Source: Cyanophyceae cyanobacterium
Lineage (GTDB): Bacteria; Cyanobacteriota; Cyanobacteriia; Cyanobacteriales; Laspinemataceae
NCBI GenBank assembly: GCA_038321985.1
Contig: JBBQFN010000004.1
Coordinates: 160,001-224,000, forward strand
DNA length: 64,000 nt
Direction of reading: 5' to 3'
Shown piece by piece: positions 54,394-63,339 of the stretch. Within the stretch, counting starts at the first letter, position 1. Every line of letters begins with the position of its first letter. A program made the translations under genes and the position numbers. A model generated the notes under the pieces. That model had not been told where the DNA came from. It was given only the letters and a program-made list of their open reading frames with translations, and did no database searches.

Positions 54394-56094
54394 ATGCAAT
54401 ATCAACAGTTACGCCAACAGTTAAGTCAACTTGATGGGCGGGGTTATAAGGCGTATAAAGATATCCAGGGTCGCTACGAATTCCCAGATTTTATACTTTC
54501 CATCGATTATGTTCAGGGAGACCCGTTTGCATCACCGAGTAAACTTTCGGTGCGAGTGCCTCAATCTGTGGCAGGTTTTGCCGGGGAATTGTATCAATCT
54601 ACCAGCCGAAATATTGCTCTGCGAGATTATCTAACTCGGGAATTTTCTAAGGCGGCAAGGCAAGTTTCGACGCGACGGGGGACGGGGAAAAGTGGGCAAA
54701 TTGCGATCGCCTCTGTCACCCAAGAGGTACTCCCACGCACTTGTGCCTTTATTAATCAAGATGAGGTAGAAGTGCGGTTTACTGTGGGACTTCCGGCCCA
54801 GGGACGGCGGATTTTGGGCGATCGCGCGGCGGAAATGCTATGTGATGATATCCCCCAAATTGTGCAACGGGCTTTATTTTACAGCAATCTGAATGGGTCA
54901 AAAATTCAACAGCAGGTGGAAACCATTGAGGATGCCGATTGGTTACGCGATCGCCTCAAAGAACGGAATTTAATTGCTTTTATTGCCGATGGTGCAATTT
55001 TACCTCGGCGCAGTGGGGTAGATGACTGTCCGTTAAAGGCTACAGAAGCTATTCCCTTTATTTCTCCCCCCTCATTACAGGTGGAATTTGATTGTCCTAA
55101 TCGGGGGAAAATTACAGGGATGGGAATTCCCACAGGGATTACCCTGATTGTCGGGGGTGGTTATCATGGTAAATCTACCTTACTTCGGGCGATCGAATTG
55201 GGAGTTTATAATCATATTCCCGGAGATGGTCGGGAATTTGTGATTACCGATTCTGATGCAATGAAAATCCGTGCAGAAGATGGTCGGAGTGTCGTTGGCG
55301 TGGATATTTCTGCCTTTATTAATCATTTACCTCAAGGTCGTTCTACTCAACAGTTTTCTACAGCAAATGCCAGTGGCAGTACGTCACAAGCGGCTAATAT
55401 TATGGAAGCATTGGAAGCTGGAACCACAGTGTTACTCGTGGATGAGGATACAGCGGCGACTAATTTTATGATTCGCGATCGCCGGATGCAAGCGTTGATT
55501 GCTAAAGAAAAGGAACCGATTACGCCTTTTATTGATAAGATTAAATCTCTCGCTAATCTTGGGGTTTCTACCATTTTGGTGATGGGAGGAAGTGGCGATT
55601 ATTTTGATGTGGCCGATCGCGCCGTGGCAATGGATAATTTTGTCGCATATAACGTTACCGATCGCGCCAAGGCAGTCGCTGCCGAATATGCTACCGGGCG
55701 GCAATCAGAAGGCGGCGAGGGTTTTGGGGCGATCACCCAAAGAGTACCCATTCCCCAAAGTTTGGATCCCAGTGCAGGTAAGCGGGATGTGCGCCTGAAG
55801 GTGCGAGATCTGGATGGGGTGCGTTTTGGGATGGAAGAGATTGATTTAACCTGCGTTGAGCAAATTGTTGATCCGGGACAATTACGGGCGATCGCCGCAG
55901 CAATGGTGTATGGGAAAGATCGCTATATGGATGGCAGGCGATCGCTGCGGGAAATTCTCGATCTGATCATGGCTGATATTGGCGACTGGGGTTTAGATGT
56001 TTTAACCCGGTTTCCGGAAGGGGATTTAGTCAAGTTTCGTCCTCTGGAACTCGCTGCTGCCTTTAATCGGTTACGAACTTTACAAGTGCGATGA
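54394..56094 (+). CDS. Predicted ABC-class P-loop ATPase (COG3044-like)
   Basis: VQGDPFASPS, GGGYHGKSTLL, ASGSTSQAA, DEDTAATNFMIRD. Confidence 0.85.
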   Translation: MQYQQLRQQLSQLDGRGYKAYKDIQGRYEFPDFILSIDYVQGDPFASPSKLSVRVPQSVAGFAGELYQSTSRNIALRDYLTREFSKAARQVSTRRGTGKSGQIAIASVTQEVLPRTCAFINQDEVEVRFTVGLPAQGRRILGDRAAEMLCDDIPQIVQRALFYSNLNGSKIQQQVETIEDADWLRDRLKERNLIAFIADGAILPRRSGVDDCPLKATEAIPFISPPSLQVEFDCPNRGKITGMGIPTGITLIVGGGYHGKSTLLRAIELGVYNHIPGDGREFVITDSDAMKIRAEDGRSVVGVDISAFINHLPQGRSTQQFSTANASGSTSQAANIMEALEAGTTVLLVDEDTAATNFMIRDRRMQALIAKEKEPITPFIDKIKSLANLGVSTILVMGGSGDYFDVADRAVAMDNFVAYNVTDRAKAVAAEYATGRQSEGGEGFGAITQRVPIPQSLDPSAGKRDVRLKVRDLDGVRFGMEEIDLTCVEQIVDPGQLRAIAAAMVYGKDRYMDGRRSLREILDLIMADIGDWGLDVLTRFPEGDLVKFRPLELAAAFNRLRTLQVR

Positions 56095-56528
56095 TCCGGT
56101 ATCGATTCTAGGGACCCGATCGCCAGTCTAATATCGGAGGCGATCGCCGCAAGGATCACAACTAGCAAATTGCATCCCCGGTCCCTAGGTCACTGATTAT
56201 AAATACCTGTCCCGACTGAGTGAAATATCAAGTTCAATCGGGGCTTTTGGGTAATAAAAGGTACAAACAATCTTTTTTTATCCGACCCAGGGCAAAATGT
56301 GTAAAAATCGGATACACTAAATGCACTTCTTACATGGAAGGAGCAATCTGGTGATCAAAGATACGAATTGTCATCAGGATTCCCCCTAGTCTAAAATAGA
56401 AATCAGGTAGCGGTCTTTAATTCAGAATGACCGTCAAATTCTATCGATATTATTCATAAATTTTAAGACCCTAAAAAGTAGGTCAATCGGGCTGATTTAA
56501 CCGAGATAAAGTCAAAGATTCAAGTTGA

Positions 56529-57314
56529 GTGAATATGGTAATGCAGCAGAGAAGCACTTTGGGCAAAGTTTATTTAGTGGGGGCAGGACCGGGAGACCCG
56601 GGTTTGCTCACTGTTAAAGGCAAAACTCTCTTAGAATGTGCCGATGTGGTGGTTTATGATGCGTTAGTCAGTCCACAAATTCTGGCACTGATTAATCCCC
56701 ATGCCGAAAAGATTGATGCGGGAAAGCGTCGGGGACGGCATTCCCTCAAGCAAGATGAGACAACCCAGCTTTTAATCGAACAGGCGCAGATTCATGCGAT
56801 CGTAGTCCGGTTAAAGGGAGGAGATCCTTTTGTGTTCGGGCGCGGTGGGGAAGAGATGGAGGATTTAATTGCGGTAGGGGTGGCAGTGGAAGTGGTGCCG
56901 GGGGTAACCTCGGGAATTGCGGCCCCTGCTTATGCGGGAATTCCCTTGACTCATCGCGGATATAGTTCTTCGGTGACCTTTGTCACGGGTCATGAGACGG
57001 TGGGGAAATATCGACCCCAGGTGAATTGGCAGGCGATCGCCCAGGGTTCAGAAACCATCGCCGTTTATATGGGGGTTCACAATTTACCCTATATCACCCA
57101 GGAACTCCTGAGTGCAGGGCTAAGTCCAGACACGCCGATCGCCTTGATTCGGTGGGGGACTCGACCGGATCAAGAAGAACTGATTGGCACCCTAGAAACT
57201 ATTGTCCAGCGGGTTGAAGAAAGTGGATTTGAAGCCCCGGCGATCGCTGTGATTGGTCAGGTAGTCAATTTACATTCCATTTTATCCAGTAGTCGTCCCG
57301 CAGTTTTTGCCTAA
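56529..57314 (+). CDS. cobA: Uroporphyrinogen-III C-methyltransferase
   Basis: VYLVGAGPGDPGLLT, RLKGGDPFVFGRGGEE; true start may be the ATG at 56535 or 56541. Confidence 0.95.
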   Translation: MNMVMQQRSTLGKVYLVGAGPGDPGLLTVKGKTLLECADVVVYDALVSPQILALINPHAEKIDAGKRRGRHSLKQDETTQLLIEQAQIHAIVVRLKGGDPFVFGRGGEEMEDLIAVGVAVEVVPGVTSGIAAPAYAGIPLTHRGYSSSVTFVTGHETVGKYRPQVNWQAIAQGSETIAVYMGVHNLPYITQELLSAGLSPDTPIALIRWGTRPDQEELIGTLETIVQRVEESGFEAPAIAVIGQVVNLHSILSSSRPAVFA

Positions 57315-57357
57315 AAAAAAGCAATCGGATTTCCCTCGTTATTCCGAGTTTTGAGGA

Positions 57358-58386
57358 TTAATTTCGGATTCTTAAGGGGAAGGAGTTGCTATCTGCCCAT
57401 TCTGGAAGTTCTTGCAACTCCAACTCCATCCAAAAAATGCTCCCTTCGCCCATGCGACTAATCACGTGGAGTTCTCCCCCCATCATTTCCACTAATTTTT
57501 TACTAATCGCCAGACCTAATCCGGTCCCTTCTGCCATCCGGCTTTTATCTCCCACTTGATGGAAGGGTAAGAAAATTTCGTTCAGCATTTCTTCGGGAAT
57601 TCCGATGCCCGTGTCTTGAACCTCAAAGCGAATTTTCCGTTGCATCAGATGTCCCGTATTTCCCGTTTCCGGCTGGGGTTCATAGGCGCTACCGTTGACA
57701 TGGGGGAGGGGGTGGCAATCCAGGGGAGGGGAGTCGCTATTATACCATTCGCCATTTACGGCATAGCCAACTTTGAAGGCAACCCCACCTCTATCCGTAA
57801 ACTTAATAGCATTCCCCAATAAATTAATTAAAATTTGGCGCAATCGCTTTTGATCCGTGCAAATCCCCCCGGGTAAAGGGGTGACCCTTTCATAACTAAA
57901 GTCGATCCCTTTTTGCTTAGAACGCATATCAAATAAATCACAAATTCCCTTAATAAATAGAGGAAAATGAAAATCCTGAGAATCGATTTCTAAGCGGCAG
58001 GCTTCTATTTTGGCAATATCCAGAATATCGGCGATTAAAGTTAGCAGGTGTTCCCCACACTCATAAATTTTAGTGAGGTCCAGGCGTTGCTGTTCGGTCA
58101 GGTCCTCTTCTTCTTCCAACATGAGTTGGGCATAGCCCAAAATCCCATTTAACGGGGTGCGCAATTCGTGGCTCATATTGGCTAAAAATTCGCTTTTAGC
58201 ACGGCTTGCCACTTCCGCTACCTCTTTGGCTTTTAACAGTTCTGCTTCGATATTATCGCAGTGTTCCGTAGTATTTTCCAGCAGAATTTCTAAATCACTT
58301 TTTTCCTGCTTGAGCATTTCCACTTCCCGCCGCAGGGTGTGGAGATCTAAAAGGAGCTGTTCTTTTGTTACTGTCTCTTCCCACAT
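57358..58386 (-). CDS. Cytoplasmic histidine kinase with N-terminal coiled coil
   Basis: [15 protein letters not shown] coil; [19 protein letters not shown]. Confidence 0.9.
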   Translation of the reverse strand: MWEETVTKEQLLLDLHTLRREVEMLKQEKSDLEILLENTTEHCDNIEAELLKAKEVAEVASRAKSEFLANMSHELRTPLNGILGYAQLMLEEEEDLTEQQRLDLTKIYECGEHLLTLIADILDIAKIEACRLEIDSQDFHFPLFIKGICDLFDMRSKQKGIDFSYERVTPLPGGICTDQKRLRQILINLLGNAIKFTDRGGVAFKVGYAVNGEWYNSDSPPLDCHPLPHVNGSAYEPQPETGNTGHLMQRKIRFEVQDTGIGIPEEMLNEIFLPFHQVGDKSRMAEGTGLGLAISKKLVEMMGGELHVISRMGEGSIFWMELELQELPEWADSNSFPLRIRN

Positions 58387-58619
58387 AAACTTAATCTCTT
58401 CCTTTGGCGATCGCGTGACATTGGTTTCCGCTTTTACCCCGTTGCATTCACCTTCTCCAAGCCTATTAAAAGTTCTATCAGGAAAGCTCCATTTAAGGAT
58501 AAATTTAAAGGGTTTTTTCTAACTTGAGATTAGAGTGGGGAATATAACTGAGGCCATTAGCCCCTTGAACGCTTGAACAGACCTCTTTCAGAGCAATCCC
58601 CTGTCGTCTACAGGACCGC

Positions 58620-58641
58620 GTAGGGGGTCATGGCCCCTACA
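58620..58641. repeat. GTAG-type REP-like palindrome
   Basis: GTAGGGG-GTCATGG-CCCCTAC. Confidence 0.5.
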
Positions 58642-58667
58642 ACTGCCCCCGACCACTGGAGTCTTCT

Positions 58668-59015
58668 CTATTCCCATTCCAGTTCCAAAGACGGCATTAG
58701 TCGCTGTAAGTTCTTCAGTGACTTCCCCTGCCAAAGCAAGTTTTTAGATCCTTTAACAATCAGATTGATATCTTTTTTCTGCCGAACCTTGATCACAAAC
58801 TTTGACAGTACATTGATCCCAGAACTATTCAGAAATTCGAGGTCTTTAAGATTAAGAATCATCGTCGGTGGTTCTTGGTCGATCGCACTTTCGAGTAGTT
58901 GAATGATCGGGTCATATTCATCCATCCCATTCAATCTCAGCGAACCCTGACAGTTTAGTGTGGCTGTTTCAGTTTCATACCACAGGCGATAATCATCGGT
59001 CTTAATTTCCATCAT
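58668..59015 (-). CDS. Slr1659-like STAS/anti-anti-sigma-type regulator
   Basis: GSLRLNG..EY, L.FLNSSGIN.LSKF (STAS phospho-Ser motif), WQGKSLKNLQRL. Confidence 0.8.
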   Translation of the reverse strand: MMEIKTDDYRLWYETETATLNCQGSLRLNGMDEYDPIIQLLESAIDQEPPTMILNLKDLEFLNSSGINVLSKFVIKVRQKKDINLIVKGSKNLLWQGKSLKNLQRLMPSLELEWE

Positions 59016-59359
59016 CAGTAGTCAGTCGTTAATAAAAAATTTAGGGTGAACGAGAGGGGAGTGGGGGGCCAGTTTGCCGACCCTAACCGTAGTTTGCCCA
59101 AATCGGGTTGGCTCTTCTCTCGTTTTTTTGCAGAGTGAGTCGATTTACTTGGCACTTATGCGGTATCAGGGTTCCGGAAGCACTCCATCGCTGCTGCCAC
59201 GGGACAATGGCAAGATCCTGTTGACTGGAATCACTCCCTTAGTCATTTCGCAAATTGATCGCGTGTCATCACTTGCACCCCAGCTCAAGAACAGTTAACC
59301 CACAGGCTAAATCACACAGGAGGATAGAATAGGGTTCCGAGGAGCAGATATCAAATAGT

Positions 59360-59941
59360 TTATAATAAGAGTTGTACCATTGTAGTTACGGCGATCGCTT
59401 TTTGTTCGCCGTTCATCTCCTGAAATTTCCACCCAATCTTAGCCTCATAGTCGTTGATCATGGTCAGAAAACCTAATCCCGATGAGGTGCTGGTATCGTC
59501 AAGGGCATTTTTTTCCAGTTGGCGAATGTAGAGTTCACCTGGATCCTCGCTGTTTAACTCTTTTAAAAAGCTCTGAAACTCCGGCAGTTTTTCCCAGGCA
59601 ATACTATTGGTGGTGACAAAAATAATTCTCTCGGAATTTAAGTGCAGTTGAATGCTAATCGGATAGCCCCAAGTCTCGGCACTAAACTTCATGGCATTTT
59701 CTAATAATTCATTGGCAATATAGCTAACTGCACATTTAATTTCCGCTTTTTTGTTCGGGGTCGAAGCATTTTCATCACTGCTCGGAAAAAAAGTGGTCAA
59801 ATAGTCGGCTAGAAAATCCGCTGATAACCCATTGTTTCGCCATCGCTGTTTCAGAGGGATCGAAGCTGGAGAAAATCCCAGAATCAAATACTCCGTTCCC
59901 GACGGCAAATCGTCAATGAAGTCTCCGAATATCTCTATCAT
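59360..59941 (-). CDS. Slr1658-like HATPase/anti-sigma-type kinase (DUF6272/SiaB-like)
   Basis: QRWRNNGLSADFLADY, ELLENAMKF (N box), SGLGFLTM (G2 box). Confidence 0.8.
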   Translation of the reverse strand: MIEIFGDFIDDLPSGTEYLILGFSPASIPLKQRWRNNGLSADFLADYLTTFFPSSDENASTPNKKAEIKCAVSYIANELLENAMKFSAETWGYPISIQLHLNSERIIFVTTNSIAWEKLPEFQSFLKELNSEDPGELYIRQLEKNALDDTSTSSGLGFLTMINDYEAKIGWKFQEMNGEQKAIAVTTMVQLLL

Positions 59942-60590
59942 AGGTGGGTTTAGGTGGGTAGATCAGGGGTTCATTATTGGTAAATTGGGTGGAAATTTCC
60001 CCAGAAGTAGAGCGGGGAGATGCTTCATGGGCTCCGCTTTGGGAACAAATAATTTTACTCAGCAATCGGGCAGATTCTCCCGAGGTTGACGCCGGTTCAG
60101 TTTGTTTCCCTGTAGATCCGGTTATTTCCTTCTAGATCCGGGCGATCGCATTCTCAGCCAAAAAAGTTTACTCCGGTAAAATTCCCATATCCCTCTGGAT
60201 TGGGCAGATTCTAGGCCAGATTTGCACTTTCTAACGGGTACGAATCGTCGAGTCTAACCCCCGCTTAATCCGGGGATTTTCAGTTGCCGATTGTTTTTTA
60301 GTGGGGGTTACGGAGCGATGGCTAAGCGATCCCCATCATAAACTATCGGAGTGAATGCACCCCAATTTCTCCGCTCACTTCCCTGATTTTATCCCCTCGA
60401 CAACTCCTGTGGCACCACTAGCAACCCGGGGGATATGCCTTATTTGTCTTTATTTTTTCAGACAGCCCCGAGGCGATCGCCCTTATGCCTACAATTGGCC
60501 CTCGGACATAAAAATATTGCCCCCTACCTCAAATGTCACCTATCTAAATCACTTTAAAATTAACCCATTCATCGAGACTCCCTCTAGATC

Positions 60591-60620
60591 AGTCGGTGAA
60601 CCTCATTAAATTCACCGACT
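60591..60620 (-). terminator. Hairpin immediately downstream of aroF
   Basis: AGTCGGTGAA-10nt-TTCACCGACT. Confidence 0.65.
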
Positions 60621-60629
60621 CCAAAACCC

Positions 60630-61487
60630 TTAAGCGGCGGATAATTCCACCACCGATTCCACTCCCCGCACCCGACGTCCCACCGCCGCGGCCACCGGAC
60701 CCAAACTCTGCACCAACTCTACCATTTCTGGCAGAGACAGCGCCTGTCTAGCATCGGAAACCGACTGTTCCGGTTCCGGGTGACACTCCATGATCAGCCC
60801 ATCCGCACCGGCTGCAACCGCCGCCCGTGCCAATCCTGCCACCAATTCTCGCTTACCTGCCGCATGAGACGGATCCACCATCACCGGCAAATGGGTGATC
60901 TGTTTCAGGGCCACCACGGCCCCCAAATCCAGGATATTCCGCGTGAATGAATCGAAACTGCGAATACCGCGTTCGCACAGAATTACATCGGGGTTCCCAT
61001 GACTCAGGATATACTCCGCTGCAAAAACAAATTCTTCCAAAGTTGCCGCGAGTCCCCGCTTCAACAACACAGGTTTACCCGCTTCTCCTAACGCTTTGAG
61101 GAGGTCGAAATTTTGCATATTCCGACTGCCCACTTGTAACATATCCGCATGAGCCACAATACTTTCAATTTGGCTAATGGACATGACTTCTGTCACAACG
61201 GGGATGCCATAACGCTGCTGCACTTCCGATAAAATCCTTAACCCCTCATCTCCCATGCCTTGAAACGAGTAAGGGGAGGTGCGGGGTTTGAAGACGCCAC
61301 CCCGTAACATTTGCACGGGTGCATGGGCAAGATGACGAGCAACGGTTTCCATTTGTTCAAGACTTTCCACCGCACAGGGACCGCCGATAATTAATAAGTC
61401 TTTGCCGCCGATGGTGGTATGAGTGCCTATCGAGATGGCGGTTTGCTGAGTGGGATGAGATTTGCTGACGAGTTTGGCGCTTTTCAT
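60630..61487 (-). CDS. aroF: 3-deoxy-7-phosphoheptulonate (DAHP) synthase, type I-beta, short form (285 aa)
   Basis: GGPCAVES, RGGVFKPRTSPYSFQG, QVGSRNMQN, LCERGIR, DPSH; AAGGAG SD 7 nt before the ATG at 61487. Confidence 0.95.
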   Translation of the reverse strand: MKSAKLVSKSHPTQQTAISIGTHTTIGGKDLLIIGGPCAVESLEQMETVARHLAHAPVQMLRGGVFKPRTSPYSFQGMGDEGLRILSEVQQRYGIPVVTEVMSISQIESIVAHADMLQVGSRNMQNFDLLKALGEAGKPVLLKRGLAATLEEFVFAAEYILSHGNPDVILCERGIRSFDSFTRNILDLGAVVALKQITHLPVMVDPSHAAGKRELVAGLARAAVAAGADGLIMECHPEPEQSVSDARQALSLPEMVELVQSLGPVAAAVGRRVRGVESVVELSAA

Positions 61488-61523
61488 GGTGTGACTCCTT
61501 GTACAAGTAATAAGATGGACGAT

Positions 61524-61557
61524 AAAAAAAGCCCGGAACCTGTTAAAAGTTCCGGGC
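61524..61557 (-). terminator. Attenuator 2 intrinsic terminator
   Basis: Minus strand GCCCGGAAC-ttttaacag-GTTCCGGGC-TTTTTTT, 37 nt upstream of the aroF ATG. Confidence 0.9.
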
Positions 61558-61584
61558 AAAGGCGAATTGACATCATGGCAATAC

Positions 61585-61650
61585 CTACCCAGAACTCTTT
61601 CTGAGCCAAAAGTAAAAGCCAAAAAACCAGTTATGCAAATTAGGATTCAT
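61585..61650 (-). CDS. Aromatic amino acid leader peptide 2, MNPNLHNWFFGFYFWLRKSSG (21 aa)
   Basis: 7 of 8 consecutive codons are W/F/Y; AAGAGG SD upstream; its 3' end pairs with the terminator 5' arm. Confidence 0.85.
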   Translation of the reverse strand: MNPNLHNWFFGFYFWLRKSSG

Positions 61651-61693
61651 TGCGATCGCCTCTTTCGTTTGAGAGATAGTCTTTCTAAACAAC

Positions 61694-61721
61694 AAAAAAC
61701 CGCAGCGTTGCTTCTGCGGTT
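61694..61721 (-). terminator. Attenuator 1 intrinsic terminator
   Basis: Minus strand AACCGCAG-aagcaacg-CTGCGGTT-TTTTGTTG. Confidence 0.85.
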
Positions 61722-61749
61722 CACCAGGGGTTTCCATGTCAAAATGGAT

Positions 61750-61806
61750 TCACCGCTGGTGAACCAAGATAAACCAATAGTAAAAGAAGGGGCTGCGGTT
61801 TAACAT
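61750..61806 (-). CDS. Aromatic amino acid leader peptide 1, MLNRSPFFYYWFILVHQR (18 aa)
   Basis: Six consecutive aromatic codons FFYYWF; perfect 10-bp antiterminator 61756-61765 : 61718-61727. Confidence 0.85.
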   Translation of the reverse strand: MLNRSPFFYYWFILVHQR

Positions 61807-61853
61807 GATGAGAAGACTTAAGCTGTAAATTGAATATATGCCTAGATAAGCTA

Positions 61854-61882
61854 ACCCTAACAAAGCCTAAACTCGATGTCAA
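61854..61882 (-). promoter_or_regulatory. Sigma70-type promoter for the aroF leader region
   Basis: Minus strand TTGACA (61882-61877), 17-nt spacer ending in TGT, TAGGGT (61859-61854). Confidence 0.7.
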
Positions 61883-62037
61883 CCCCCCCATTGCTATAAC
61901 TTTTGGGCTAAATAGGGGTTTCAGATACCGGGCTCGGAGGGATATGTGCCCAGAGGTAGAGAAAGGGAGTCCGGCGGCTCGGTTCCGGTCCCTCCCCCAG
62001 ATACTGGGGAGGAGAGCAAAGATGCCTCTACCTCGGC

Positions 62038-63339
62038 TTAAATCGTCCCCTCCTGGTGATGAACTACTTTCCAACTCCGGGGTTGATAAAACAAACACCG
62101 GCTTGATACTTTATTTGATGTAACGGTGAATCTAAACGATTCTATGATATCCAAAGATTTCACCCCAGTTCTGATATAAATTTTGGCACTGTAAGCCCCA
62201 GGGACTAAACCACAGTGCGGGAGGTGCATCTGAATTTCGACTCGTCCGGGAGAGATTTCCAGTAACTCGTTATCACTAGCAGTCGTGAGATACAAAACAT
62301 ATTCGCGATCGCCTCCTAATCCCGTGACCAAAAACCCTAAATTAGCATTATCAAAATAGTCTGATGCTTTACATTCTACCGATAAATAAGCCGGTTCCCC
62401 ACAGCGGAGGGTTTCCAGAATATGTCCCGCTTCATCTTTAAAACAAACCTGGGTAATATCTAACCCCATGCTTTCTTTGTCCGACTTTTCCGGGAGGATC
62501 ATTGCTCCCGTTGCCTTATCGGTGCCACTCAAACAGAGGTCTTCCTCATAGTGCCGAATTACCGCCTCTGTTTCTCCCGAAGTAATCAATTGGCCTTTCT
62601 TCAAATAAATCGAGCGATCGCACACATTTAACAAACTGTGGGAATTATGAGACACTAAAATAAAAGCGGTCCCCGTTTCCCGCAGTTCTGCCAAGCGTCG
62701 ATGACACTTAATTTTAAACTTGACATCTCCGACGGCTAACACTTCATCAATCAGCAAAATATCTGGATTAATATGAGCCGCACAAGCAAATCCTAATCGC
62801 GCTGCCATCCCCGAACTATAGGTTTGAACCGGCGCATCAATGGCATCAGAAATTTCCGCAAACTCCACTACTTCATCAAATCGTTCCTCGATTTCTCGGG
62901 TAGGTAACCCCAAAATTGACATATTTGCATAAATATTTTCTCTCCCGGTTAAAATTGGGTTAAATCCTGCTCCCAAGGCAATTAAAGGCGCAACTCGCCC
63001 TCTAATTTTTACCGAACCTGTATCGGGATGAATTAAGCCACTAATAATTCGTAATAGGGTACTTTTTCCCGCTCCATTTGCTCCCACCAATCCCAAGGCT
63101 TCCCCCCGTCTCAGTTGGAAATGAATATCGCGCAGCGCCCAAAATTCTCCATCTCGTAGTACATCGCTTTTTCGGCCTCCTCCAATTAATTCGGCAGCAA
63201 TATCTCGCACTCCATAAAGCAAAGATTTCTTTAAATTTCGGCAAAATTTCTTAGAAAGGTTATCTACCGAAACCAACAAATCAGAATCATCGGGAGTAGG
63301 AGGGGTAAAATTTTGTTGGGTCAATTCTTCGACTATCAT
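62038..63339 (-). CDS. wzt: Polysaccharide ABC exporter ATP-binding subunit (Wzt) with C-terminal Wzt_C domain
   Basis: FWALRDI, GANGAGKST, YSSGMAARLGFA, IDEVLAVGD; TAATG coupling to wzm. Confidence 0.9.
   Translation of the reverse strand: MIVEELTQQNFTPPTPDDSDLLVSVDNLSKKFCRNLKKSLLYGVRDIAAELIGGGRKSDVLRDGEFWALRDIHFQLRRGEALGLVGANGAGKSTLLRIISGLIHPDTGSVKIRGRVAPLIALGAGFNPILTGRENIYANMSILGLPTREIEERFDEVVEFAEISDAIDAPVQTYSSGMAARLGFACAAHINPDILLIDEVLAVGDVKFKIKCHRRLAELRETGTAFILVSHNSHSLLNVCDRSIYLKKGQLITSGETEAVIRHYEEDLCLSGTDKATGAMILPEKSDKESMGLDITQVCFKDEAGHILETLRCGEPAYLSVECKASDYFDNANLGFLVTGLGGDREYVLYLTTASDNELLEISPGRVEIQMHLPHCGLVPGAYSAKIYIRTGVKSLDIIESFRFTVTSNKVSSRCLFYQPRSWKVVHHQEGTI

Noticed and set aside
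56301..56315. GTA...TAC palindrome upstream of cobA as an NtcA site
   Set aside because: Spacer is 9 nt, not the GTA-N8-TAC consensus
61488..61622. N-terminal extension of aroF in the ORF track (330 aa)
   Set aside because: It runs through attenuator 2; a strong AAGGAG SD supports the ATG at 61487
61567..62123. ORFs 61567-61803(+), 61739-62098(-) and 61830-62123(+)
   Set aside because: No recognisable protein features; the region is better explained by the promoter and leader peptides
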